DNA of 32,000 nt, from the NCBI RefSeq assembly GCF_900187275.1, contig NZ_LT906458.1:1860001-1892000 (forward strand), in the 5' to 3' direction. Position 1 is the first letter of the stretch; the number at the start of each line of letters is the position of its first letter. This DNA is from Pasteurella multocida (lineage in GTDB: Bacteria > Pseudomonadota > Gammaproteobacteria > Enterobacterales > Pasteurellaceae). The notes under the pieces are model-generated. The model was given only the letters and a program-made list of their open reading frames with translations, ran no database searches and was not told the DNA's origin. Both the position numbers and the translations under genes were made by a program. Below are positions 21,833-29,553 of the stretch, in pieces.

Positions 21833-22432
21833 ATGAAAATTGCAAAAAATGTTGTAGTGAGCATTGCTTATCAAGTGCGCACAGAAGACGGTGTATTAGT
21901 TGATGAGGCGCCAGTAAACCAACCTTTAGAATATTTACAAGGTCATAATAATTTAGTGATTGGTTTAGAAAATGCACTCGAAGGTAAAGCAGTCGGTGAT
22001 AAATTTGAAGTTCGCGTTAAACCAGAAGAAGCATACGGTGAATACAACGAAAACATGGTACAACGTGTACCAAAAGACGTTTTCCAAGGCGTAGATGAGC
22101 TTGTTGTGGGCATGCGTTTTATTGCAGACACAGATATTGGTCCATTACCAGTGGTGATTACCGAAGTGGCAGAAAACGATGTTGTTGTGGACGGTAACCA
22201 TATGTTAGCAGGTCAAGAGTTACTATTTAGTGTTGAAGTCGTGGCGACACGTGAAGCAACATTAGAAGAAATCGCCCATGGTCATATCCATCAAGAAGGT
22301 GGATGTTGTGGTGGTCATCATCACGACAGTGATGAAGAAGGACATGGCTGTGGCTGTGGAAGTCATCACCATCATGAACATGAGCATCATGCACATGATG
22401 GCTGTTGTGGCAACGGTGGCTGTAAGCACTAA
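21833..22432 (+). CDS. slyD: FKBP-type peptidyl-prolyl isomerase SlyD with His/Cys-rich metal-binding tail
   Basis: 199-aa ORF. MKIAKNVVVSIAYQVRTEDGVLVDE...YLQGHNNLVIGLENALEGK is the conserved SlyD N-terminus. The C-terminal roughly 50 aa (nt 22280-22429) are H/C/G/D/E-rich with CC pairs. Confidence 0.93.
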   Translation: MKIAKNVVVSIAYQVRTEDGVLVDEAPVNQPLEYLQGHNNLVIGLENALEGKAVGDKFEVRVKPEEAYGEYNENMVQRVPKDVFQGVDELVVGMRFIADTDIGPLPVVITEVAENDVVVDGNHMLAGQELLFSVEVVATREATLEEIAHGHIHQEGGCCGGHHHDSDEEGHGCGCGSHHHHEHEHHAHDGCCGNGGCKH

Positions 22433-22454
22433 TTCTAGAAATTTGATAAAAAAG

Positions 22455-22481
22455 AACCGCACTTTACAGTGCGGTTTTTTT
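22455..22481 (+). terminator. slyD terminator (USS plus near-USS inverted pair)
   Basis: AACCGCACT (22455-22463), loop TTAC, then AGTGCGGTT (22468-22476), followed by a T-run. A perfect USS core lies at 22456-22464 (-). Confidence 0.85.
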
Positions 22482-22485
22482 ATAT

Positions 22486-22510
22486 TATAGCTAGACAAAG
22501 TCTAGCTATA
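22486..22510 (+). repeat. IS200 left-end perfect palindrome
   Basis: TATAGCTAGAC-AAA-GTCTAGCTATA is an 11-bp perfect stem. A second hairpin follows: CCATACGC-TTT-GCGTATGG (22515-22533). Confidence 0.8.
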
Positions 22511-22567
22511 AAAACCATACGCTTTGCGTATGGAACAGAAAAGCTTAAGCGGTGAGCAGAACAAAAC

Positions 22568-22619
22568 ATCCTCCTATAATGAACAAGGCTGACAACCAAA
22601 ATTCAACATATAGGAGGAT
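22568..22619 (+). promoter_or_regulatory. stem-loop sequestering the tnpA Shine-Dalgarno
   Basis: ATCCTCCTATA (22568-22578) pairs perfectly with TATAGGAGGAT (22609-22619). The right arm contains the SD AGGAGG, 6 nt before the ATG at 22625. Translational occlusion of this kind is described for Salmonella IS200. Confidence 0.75.
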
Positions 22620-22624
22620 AAGTC

Positions 22625-23089
22625 ATGGCAAGTAAATCCAATGACGATTCAAGTCTATCACACACAAGATGGAACTGTAAGTACCACATAGTCTTTATCC
22701 CTAAGTATAGGAGAAAAGCAATTTATGGAAAATTGCGAGTTGATATAGGAGGGATACTAAGACAATTATGTCACTACAAGAATGTAGAGATAATAGAGGC
22801 ATATGCAATGAAAGAGCATATCCATATGCTGTTAAGGATACCTCCGAAACTGGCCGTTTCAAGTTTTATGGGGTATTTAAAAGGTAAGTCATCGCTAATG
22901 ATATTTGAAAGACATGCAAATTTGAAATATAAGTATGGGAATCGAAATTTTTGGGCGAAAGGCTATTATGTAAGTACAGTAGGTTTAAATACAAAAATTG
23001 TAGAGGAATATATCCGAAATCAGGAAAAGGAAGATATGATTCAGGATAATTTATCGAAGAAAGAATATATGGACCCCTTTAAGGGGTAG
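22625..23089 (+). CDS. tnpA: IS200/IS605 family Y1 (HUH) transposase TnpA
   Basis: 154-aa ORF. It has the HUH motif (EHIHMLL), the catalytic Tyr context (EEYIRNQ), and the N-terminal WNCKYHIVFIPKYRRK block typical of IS200 TnpA. Confidence 0.93.
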   Translation: MASKSNDDSSLSHTRWNCKYHIVFIPKYRRKAIYGKLRVDIGGILRQLCHYKNVEIIEAYAMKEHIHMLLRIPPKLAVSSFMGYLKGKSSLMIFERHANLKYKYGNRNFWAKGYYVSTVGLNTKIVEEYIRNQEKEDMIQDNLSKKEYMDPFKG

Positions 23090-23120
23090 GCAACAGAGTT
23101 ATTGAACGGTTGTCAGAATT

Positions 23121-23144
23121 CACATGCCCCTTGAGGGGCATGTG
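23121..23144 (+). repeat. IS200 right-end hairpin
   Basis: CACATGCCCC-TTGA-GGGGCATGTG is a 10-bp perfect stem. Related CCC(C)-N4/5-GGG(G) mini-hairpins lie at 23074-23086 and 23153-23170. Confidence 0.7.
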
Positions 23145-23176
23145 AAGTACTAGGCCCTTATAGGGTGGCCTAAAAA

Positions 23177-23195
23177 CCGCCCGTTTTACGGGCGG
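23177..23195 (-). terminator. terminator of the DUF465 gene
   Basis: On the minus strand, CCGCCCG-TAAAA-CGGGCGG is followed by TTTTT. It starts 9 nt after the stop codon at 23204. Confidence 0.8.
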
Positions 23196-23203
23196 ATTGT
23201 TAT

Positions 23204-23416
23204 TTATTTATGTTTCTTTAATATCACATAGATTTCATCTTTTAAGCGGAGTTTTTCTTTTTTGAGGTTTTCCACTTCTTGCGGGGTACCGAGCTCAATA
23301 TTGGCTTCAATATTTTTAATGCGATGATCAAGTTCGTTATGTTTTTCGAATAAACGATTAAAATGTGCATCTTCGAGTTTGAGTTTAGAAATTAAATCAC
23401 GAAATTCTGGAAACAT
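23204..23416 (-). CDS. DUF465 / YdcH-like small coiled-coil protein
   Basis: 70-aa ORF with SD AAAGGAG. FNRLFEKHNELDHRIKNIE...LKKEKLRLKDEI matches the YdcH/DUF465 pattern as I remember it. Confidence 0.7.
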   Translation of the reverse strand: MFPEFRDLISKLKLEDAHFNRLFEKHNELDHRIKNIEANIELGTPQEVENLKKEKLRLKDEIYVILKKHK

Positions 23417-23493
23417 AGGTTGCTCCTTTCATATCAGGTTAAAGTATAAAAACTATACACATTGTTATCTTATCGAAATTCGTTCTCAATTAC

Positions 23494-23509
23494 TGTGTTA
23501 GAGATCACA
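23494..23509. promoter_or_regulatory. candidate canonical CRP (CRP-N) site upstream of the DUF465 gene
   Basis: TGTGT-TAGAGA-TCACA matches the TGTGA-N6-TCACA core at 9/10. Its centre is about 85 nt upstream of the ATG at 23416 and about 60-65 nt upstream of a likely TSS after a TATACT -10 (minus strand, + coordinates 23443-23448). Confidence 0.4.
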
Positions 23510-23512
23510 AAT

Positions 23513-23983
23513 TTATAGATGATGTTTTTCACGTAGCTTCGCTAACAGGGCATCGCAACATGGATTGAGTAGCTGATAGGTTTGGTTAAAATCTTTGCTA
23601 TACCAAGGGTCAGGAATATGATCATAACCTAAATCAGGACAAAGCTCGGTTATTTTGAAAAGCTTATCAGGATGATGACCGAAAAGGCGCTCTAAGTCTT
23701 GCAGATTACTGTTATCCATCGCGATAATATAATCAAATTCTTGCCAGTGCTGGCGCTGAACCTTTTTGCTACGAAAGCCAGTACTATCAATATGACATTG
23801 ATCTAATATATCCGCCGTTCCACAATGCATATCTTCACCGTCATGCCAACCAGATGTTCCTGCACTACTGGTTTTTATTACCGTTTCCAATCCAGCCTGC
23901 TTAATTTTCTCACGCATCAGAAACTCCGCCATAGGTGAACGACAAATGTTACCTAAGCAAACAAATAAAAGATGAATCGTCAT
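23513..23983 (-). CDS. low-molecular-weight protein-tyrosine phosphatase
   Basis: 156-aa ORF with the P-loop VCLGNICRSPMAE (CX5R-S) near the N-terminus and a DPWY general-acid motif near aa 125. Confidence 0.88.
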   Translation of the reverse strand: MTIHLLFVCLGNICRSPMAEFLMREKIKQAGLETVIKTSSAGTSGWHDGEDMHCGTADILDQCHIDSTGFRSKKVQRQHWQEFDYIIAMDNSNLQDLERLFGHHPDKLFKITELCPDLGYDHIPDPWYSKDFNQTYQLLNPCCDALLAKLREKHHL

Positions 23984-24029
23984 GTTACTTTCCTTTTCCT
24001 GACATTATTTTTATCGTAATAAAATACAA

Positions 24030-24064
24030 TTCGGCTCTATTCAATAAAATCGAATAGAGCCGAA
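24030..24064 (-). terminator. terminator downstream of the adhesin gene
   Basis: TTCGGCTCTATTC (24030-24042) pairs with GAATAGAGCCGAA (24052-24064): a 13-bp perfect stem. On the minus strand a T-rich tract follows (TTGTATTTTATT). Confidence 0.8.
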
Positions 24065-24097
24065 TTTAGGTTACATATTTTTAGCCTTCGCTAAGGA

Positions 24098-27000
24098 TTA
24101 CCATTGATAACCTGCACCGATACTTGCACCAAAGTCACCACGCGAGTTTGTGTTACCCGTTAATTTGATGATGACTTTACCGTTATCAGAAATACGGGAC
24201 ATACCCAATGCAATTGCGTTTTGTCCTTTGTAAGTGCCCGCTGCAACCGCAACCATGCTCTTACCTGGGATATACGCTTGTGGTAAACCAGCCGCTGCAT
24301 TCGCGCCTGCAATACCCGCACGGAGATCTTTATCCACTTTATTGATACGGTTGTTTAGAATGTTATAGCCTTGACCACTTTGGTTCATGATTTGTTTGCT
24401 CAACTCATGTAACTGGCTACCATTTACCGCATCGGTACTGGTTTCAGACACTTCTCCTTTCGCAATACCGCTAATTTTATTGGTTGTAGCATCAACTTTA
24501 ATATTTCCTGCCTGTAAGCCAGATTCACCTAAAGTTACATTATCACCAACTTTCACTTCTTTAAAGTTGACTTTATCTTTGGTTGCAACAGTAAAGACTT
24601 TTTGTCCATCGTTACCTACAGTTTCCTTGACTTCCATGTTGTTACCAGCAATCACATCTGTTCTGCTTGCTTTAATTGCATCATTGATATTGTTCTTGCC
24701 AGTACCGCCGATGTTATTATTTGTATAGGTACCTGTTGCTGGGTTATAGGTAGTATCACCACCGATGATATTCTTCACGCCCTCACCCTGAGCAAATAAT
24801 TGGCTACCATTAACAGCATCTTTGCTATCTTGTGATACATCTCCATTTGCAACATTTACTACGTTTTGATTACCTGCATCAATACCTGTTTTACTGATAC
24901 TTGGACTATTTGCAATTTTATTACCACTATCGTCAACAAAGGTTAAGCCATTGTTATCAATTTTTGTACCGCCAGCAACAGCACTATCAAATTTCACATC
25001 TTTTTGAGTTGCAACTGTGTATGTCCTACTTCCATCAGCCGCAGTTTCTGTCGTCACTTTGATGTTATCGCCTTCTACAACTGTTGTTTTAGAAGCTTTT
25101 GCTGCAGCATTGACTGCTTTGATTGCATCATGAATATTATCAGCACCAGTATCGCCAATATTTGTCATAGATAGCACACCATTCTCATTTTTAGCATTTC
25201 CACCAAGTATATTGACAGTATTATCTACTGCTTTATTAAGCTGTTCTTCTGTTGCTGCACGACCACTTTTTGCGAATGTATTACCGCCAAGTTCTTTATT
25301 AGCTAGACCTGTAATATCATTCGTTGTTTTATCAATAACAACATCACCCACCGTTGTTTTGTCAAACTCAACTTCTTTAGCTGTTTCTACTGTGTAAATC
25401 TTATTGCCATCAGGACCATCCTTTTCATTAACAACAATATTTTTACCTGCTTCTACTCCGGTCTTAGCTGCTTTAGCTGTATTATTTACGGCTTCAATCG
25501 CTGCATGAATAGTATCTTGCCCAGTTCTACCGATATTTGTCATTGTTAGGTTACCCGCAGTATTGCCATCTTTTGCAATTGTAGCATTACCACCCAATAC
25601 ATTAGTTACTAAAGTATTACCCACATTACCTAGCGTATTTAAGGCTAAATATAATTGACTGCCGTTGATAGCATCAGTACTTGTCGCATTAATACGACCA
25701 GCTGCGACGTTGGTGATTGTACGTTCTGCGTCTTTTTTACCAACACTGACTGTCGCGATAGGTGCAGTACCTGCAAACCCAGAATAAGTAAAGCTGTTGA
25801 CTGTAGCGTCTTTTGTTCCTATTTTATCTGCAGTTTCTGCTCCAGCACCTAATGCAACAGAATCAGTGTGAGCTGCAAGTGCTTGGTAGCCTAATGCTAA
25901 ACTACGATGAGCTGTACTTTTACTTCCCACAGCTAATGAAGCAGCATGATTTCCAGTTGATTCAGCAGTAGAACCAATCGCAACACTTCCTGCGCCACTG
26001 GATTTGACTCCTGCACCAATAGAAATTGCTTGCCCATTTGTTGAGTGACTATTATCACCAATCGTCACAGTGCCACGTCCAATTGCAGTGGAATTTCTAC
26101 CGATAGCAATTGCGGCTTTACCAGAAGCTTTAGTAAAGGTGCTTGCACTACCTTTAGAACCAATCGCAATCATGCCATCCTGATCTGTAGCTGAATCTGT
26201 CGCTAATAATTCTGTGACAACGCCTTGACCAATGGCAATAGAATCTTTGACTTTTGCATTGGCTTCCCGACCCATTGCAATTGCATCTTGGTTCTCTGAT
26301 TTCGCTTTATTACCAATAGCAATAGCACTACTTCCGATCGATGCTATAGCTTCCGCACCCAATGCTAAGCTACGATAAGTTAGAGCATTAGCACTGAATC
26401 CAAAAGCACCAGCTCCACCTTCAAGTGCTTTCGTGTAAGAACCTATAGCAGTTGAAGAGTCTTTCAAGGCAGTTGAACCATCACCGATAGCTACGGCAGA
26501 TTTACCATTTGCGTGTGAGTCATTACCACCAGCAAAAGCATTTTGACCGAGTGTTTCAGCAGCTTGACCAATTGCGACTGCATTTGTTCCTCTTACTAAA
26601 CTTTGAGAGCCAATCGATACAGAGCCGTTACCTGTTAATGCTGTGCCCAGTGTTGCTTTATTAATTATATTTCCCTTTTTGTCTGTAATTGTACCATCAG
26701 CTGTAAAATCACTTGAAAGAAGCCCTTTGACTGTTGCATTTGTACCCATTGCAACTGAATGAGTGCCTTCAGAATGAGTATATGTACCAATGGCTACAGA
26801 GCTAGCTCCAGTCTTTTTATAAACTTCAGCACCTTGTTTATCTACATCGTAGTTAGCACGTAAACCAATCGCGATAGCTCCAGCATCTCCAGCATTTGCG
26901 TCACGTCCCATAGCCACAGAGTGATTATTTAAGGCTCTACTTCCGTTACCCACAGCAACTGTTGTTACACCAAAAGCTTTAGCTTGCTGACCAATTGCCA

Positions 27001-27838
27001 TTGCTGCAGTTTGTGTAGCTAATGCACGTTGACCAATTGCAATAGTATTGTCTGCTGCTACGTATTTTGTATCTACAGTACCAATAACTCTATTTTTTGT
27101 TTGCATTTGAGCAATTGTTGAGCCGTTAGTAATCGCCTGCTCAATTGCTGTAGCGTGGTTTGCATAGGCTCCCATTACAATGTTATGACTGCCAGATAAA
27201 TTGCCAGCCGCACTAGTGCCTAAAACAGTATTATTATTAACATCTAAACCATTTTTTAATGCTCCATCGCCAATTGCAATATTTCTGCCTTCTTTAGTTT
27301 TATTAGATGCACTTTGGCCAGCATATCGACCAATAGAAATATCCCATTGACTGTTACCTTCAGCATTTAAACCAATTGCAATTGCTTGATCTGCCTTAGA
27401 TACTGCATTGGCACCCATTGCAATTGCACCTATTGCATTTTCCGTTTTAGAGCGAGAACCAATCGCGATGTTACTTTCACCTTTATTAGTAGCACCCATC
27501 CCTAAAACAACGGATTTAGCTGGTTTAGTGTCGTATTTATCTTCAGTTTTAGTGTCAGCATCACCACAAATGACACTTTGACTTGTAGTATTATAAAAAC
27601 AGTAATTACCATCTTTAGTTTCTGTTAGAGGATACTTATTCCCAGTAATATCAGCCGCACTCGCCGTGCCCGCTGCTAATACAACCGACGCCGCGATTAA
27701 TGTAAAACTAAAGCCACTTACGCTGTTCACTAACGCTGATTTACCTGACGCGCTTTTGCCACCTGCTTTTGCCAATTCTGAAACCACAACCCAACTTTGA
27801 GTCGCTGCATTCCATAATGTACGATAGATTTTGTTCAT
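24098..27838 (-). CDS. trimeric autotransporter adhesin (YadA-like head, three neck/stalk modules, YadA-type anchor)
   Basis: 1246 aa. There is an N-terminal extended signal peptide (MNKIYRTLWNAATQSWVVVSELA...AAGTASA/AD). About 30-35 degenerate ~14-aa head repeats of the xxAIGxxAxA type span aa ~105-700. Three neck motifs, DA(V/I)NGSQL, lie at aa 721-730, 1006-1015 and 1135-1144. The C-terminal anchor is ...AVAAGTYKGQNAIALGMSRISDNGKVIIKLTGNTNSRGDFGASIGAGYQW. Confidence 0.92.
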   Translation of the reverse strand: MNKIYRTLWNAATQSWVVVSELAKAGGKSASGKSALVNSVSGFSFTLIAASVVLAAGTASAADITGNKYPLTETKDGNYCFYNTTSQSVICGDADTKTEDKYDTKPAKSVVLGMGATNKGESNIAIGSRSKTENAIGAIAMGANAVSKADQAIAIGLNAEGNSQWDISIGRYAGQSASNKTKEGRNIAIGDGALKNGLDVNNNTVLGTSAAGNLSGSHNIVMGAYANHATAIEQAITNGSTIAQMQTKNRVIGTVDTKYVAADNTIAIGQRALATQTAAMAIGQQAKAFGVTTVAVGNGSRALNNHSVAMGRDANAGDAGAIAIGLRANYDVDKQGAEVYKKTGASSVAIGTYTHSEGTHSVAMGTNATVKGLLSSDFTADGTITDKKGNIINKATLGTALTGNGSVSIGSQSLVRGTNAVAIGQAAETLGQNAFAGGNDSHANGKSAVAIGDGSTALKDSSTAIGSYTKALEGGAGAFGFSANALTYRSLALGAEAIASIGSSAIAIGNKAKSENQDAIAMGREANAKVKDSIAIGQGVVTELLATDSATDQDGMIAIGSKGSASTFTKASGKAAIAIGRNSTAIGRGTVTIGDNSHSTNGQAISIGAGVKSSGAGSVAIGSTAESTGNHAASLAVGSKSTAHRSLALGYQALAAHTDSVALGAGAETADKIGTKDATVNSFTYSGFAGTAPIATVSVGKKDAERTITNVAAGRINATSTDAINGSQLYLALNTLGNVGNTLVTNVLGGNATIAKDGNTAGNLTMTNIGRTGQDTIHAAIEAVNNTAKAAKTGVEAGKNIVVNEKDGPDGNKIYTVETAKEVEFDKTTVGDVVIDKTTNDITGLANKELGGNTFAKSGRAATEEQLNKAVDNTVNILGGNAKNENGVLSMTNIGDTGADNIHDAIKAVNAAAKASKTTVVEGDNIKVTTETAADGSRTYTVATQKDVKFDSAVAGGTKIDNNGLTFVDDSGNKIANSPSISKTGIDAGNQNVVNVANGDVSQDSKDAVNGSQLFAQGEGVKNIIGGDTTYNPATGTYTNNNIGGTGKNNINDAIKASRTDVIAGNNMEVKETVGNDGQKVFTVATKDKVNFKEVKVGDNVTLGESGLQAGNIKVDATTNKISGIAKGEVSETSTDAVNGSQLHELSKQIMNQSGQGYNILNNRINKVDKDLRAGIAGANAAAGLPQAYIPGKSMVAVAAGTYKGQNAIALGMSRISDNGKVIIKLTGNTNSRGDFGASIGAGYQW

Positions 27839-28017
27839 TTATTTTTTCCTTATTTATTTCAAAAGTAGAACGTCAGAAGAGCGACAGTTCTGGTGCTTGC
27901 TATCCTCATTTTTTGGATACTGCTATGAAACAAGGACGTAAAAAAATTGGTTGCTAATTCTACGACGATGGCGAAGTGAACACTATGCTTATAATGTAAA
28001 GTTCTTAAAAGAAATAA

Positions 28018-29358
28018 CTAGTTTATTAGCGACGCGTAAAGATCATAGGCATCAGCCCGCGTGATCTCGACTTCAATAAATTGTCCTGCTTTAACAGCCA
28101 CTCGATTTGGATTATCAATGTAAACTACACCATCTATTTCTGGTGCATCTGCCATGGAACGTGCAATGATGCCTTCTTCATCTACTTCGTCCACGAGCAC
28201 AGTGAAGACCTTGCCTACTTTTTGTTGTAGGCGCCTTGCAGAGATTTCTTGTTGTAACTCCATAAAGCGGTGAAAACGTGCTTCTTTCACCTCTTCTGGG
28301 ACTTGATCTGGCATTTCTGTTGCAATAGCTCCTTCTACTGGGCTGAATTTGAAACAGCCAACACGATCAAGTTGGGTTTCTTTTAAGAAATCTAAAAGAA
28401 GCTGAAAATCTTCTTCGCTTTCACCCGGAAATCCGACAATAAAGGTTGAGCGTAATGTGAGATCAGGACAGATTTCACGCCATTTTTTGATCCGTTCTAG
28501 GGTGCGCTCAATTGAACCGGGTCTTTTCATGGCTTTTAAGATTTTAGGGCTAGCATGTTGTAAGGGAATATCTAAATAAGGCAGGATTTTACTTTCCGCC
28601 ATTAATGGAATTAATTGATCAACATGTGGGTAAGGGTAAACATAATGTAAGCGTACCCACACACCGAGTTTACCCAGTTGCTCACAGAGGCTAATTAAGT
28701 TATTTTTAATTGGCATGCCATTCCAGAATACCGTTTTATTTTGTTCTTCTTTGCTACGATCTAACGCATAGGCAGAAGTATCTTGTGAAACGACCAAGAT
28801 TTCTTTTACTCCCGCTTCAACAAGGCGTTTTGCTTCATCTAATACTTGTGTAATGGAACGACTGTCTAAGTCACCACGCATGGAAGGAATAATGCAGAAG
28901 GTACAACGATGATCACAGCCTTCTGAGATTTTTAAATAAGCATAATGTTTTGGTGTCAGTTTTACACCTTGTTTAGGTACAAGATTGATATACGGATTAT
29001 AGGCAGGCTTAGGCACATATTTATGTACTTGCTGCATGACAGCTTCGTAACTATGTGGACCTGTTACTTCTAACACTTTCGGGTGGACTTCGCGAATACG
29101 ATCTTCTTTGGCACCTAAGCAACCCGTCACAATCACTTTGCCATTTTCTTCCAGCGCTTCGCCAATTGCCTCGAGGGATTCTTGTACTGCGCTGTCAATA
29201 AAACCACAAGTGTTGACAATGACAAGATCCGCATTTTCATAACTTGGAATAATATTGTAACCATCTGAACGTAACTCCGTCAGAATACGTTCAGAATCTA
29301 CTAAATTTTTAGGGCAACCGAGACTAATAAAACCAATATTGGGTAAAGAAGATGTCAT
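28018..29358 (-). CDS. rimO: ribosomal protein S12 methylthiotransferase
   Basis: 446-aa ORF with the N-terminal MTTase domain ([15 protein letters not shown]), the radical-SAM motif CDHRCTFC, and a C-terminal TRAM domain. Confidence 0.93.
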   Translation of the reverse strand: MTSSLPNIGFISLGCPKNLVDSERILTELRSDGYNIIPSYENADLVIVNTCGFIDSAVQESLEAIGEALEENGKVIVTGCLGAKEDRIREVHPKVLEVTGPHSYEAVMQQVHKYVPKPAYNPYINLVPKQGVKLTPKHYAYLKISEGCDHRCTFCIIPSMRGDLDSRSITQVLDEAKRLVEAGVKEILVVSQDTSAYALDRSKEEQNKTVFWNGMPIKNNLISLCEQLGKLGVWVRLHYVYPYPHVDQLIPLMAESKILPYLDIPLQHASPKILKAMKRPGSIERTLERIKKWREICPDLTLRSTFIVGFPGESEEDFQLLLDFLKETQLDRVGCFKFSPVEGAIATEMPDQVPEEVKEARFHRFMELQQEISARRLQQKVGKVFTVLVDEVDEEGIIARSMADAPEIDGVVYIDNPNRVAVKAGQFIEVEITRADAYDLYASLIN

Positions 29359-29508
29359 AAAAAAGATCTCAAAAAAGGAATAAATTCGAGTAATTCTTTA
29401 TTGTACAGAATTTATCTAGAGAAGACTACGAAATAAGCAGAAAAAGTCTAAAAAAAGCAAAGAGTGGCGATAAAATCACTGAAAATCGACAATTTCTTGA
29501 AATAAAAA

Positions 29509-29531
29509 ACGCTTAGACGATGGCTAAGCGT
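29509..29531 (-). terminator. udp terminator
   Basis: On the minus strand, ACGCTTAG-CCATCGT-CTAAGCGT is followed by a T-run (+ strand A-run at 29504-29509). It lies about 20 nt after the udp stop. Confidence 0.8.
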
Positions 29532-29553
29532 TTTATGTAAAGGGAATGAAAAA

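Larger units (their letters stand above)
22484..23174 (+). mobile_element. IS200-like element (IS200/IS605 family, tnpA only); ends approximate
   Basis: A Y1 transposase gene is flanked by structured ends and sits exactly between two convergent host terminators (slyD at 22455-22481 and the DUF465 gene at 23177-23195). The size of about 0.69 kb fits IS200. The exact termini cannot be defined without a second copy or an empty site. Confidence 0.8.

Noticed and set aside
22262-22498. Two ORFs (minus 22262-22498, plus 22278-22490) with M/V/T-rich translations over the end of slyD.
   Set aside because: They are artefacts of the repetitive CAT/CAC/GGT/TGT codons of the SlyD His/Cys tail read in other frames. 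They run into the slyD terminator.
23090-23203. Looked for a tnpB (IS605/IS607-type RNA-guided nuclease) and an associated guide RNA downstream of tnpA.
   Set aside because: Only about 85 bp of hairpin-rich sequence follows tnpA before the host terminator at 23177-23195. There is no room for tnpB, so this is a plain IS200-type element.
24387-25852. Plus-strand ORFs antisense to the adhesin gene (24387-24728, 24602-24799, 25212-25397, 25655-25852), plus 27769-27957.
   Set aside because: Their low-complexity Ser/Thr/Val/Leu-rich translations are typical of the antisense frame of a repetitive Ala/Gly/Asn-rich gene. They have no SD sequences. The sense-strand ORF is continuous for 1246 codons with clear family hallmarks.
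27839-28017. Search for phase-variation repeats or an invertible promoter upstream of the adhesin.
   Set aside because: Only short homopolymers are present (A7 at 27933-27939, T6 at 27909-27914). There are no tetra- or heptanucleotide repeats and no flanking inverted repeats. I also could not call a confident promoter here.
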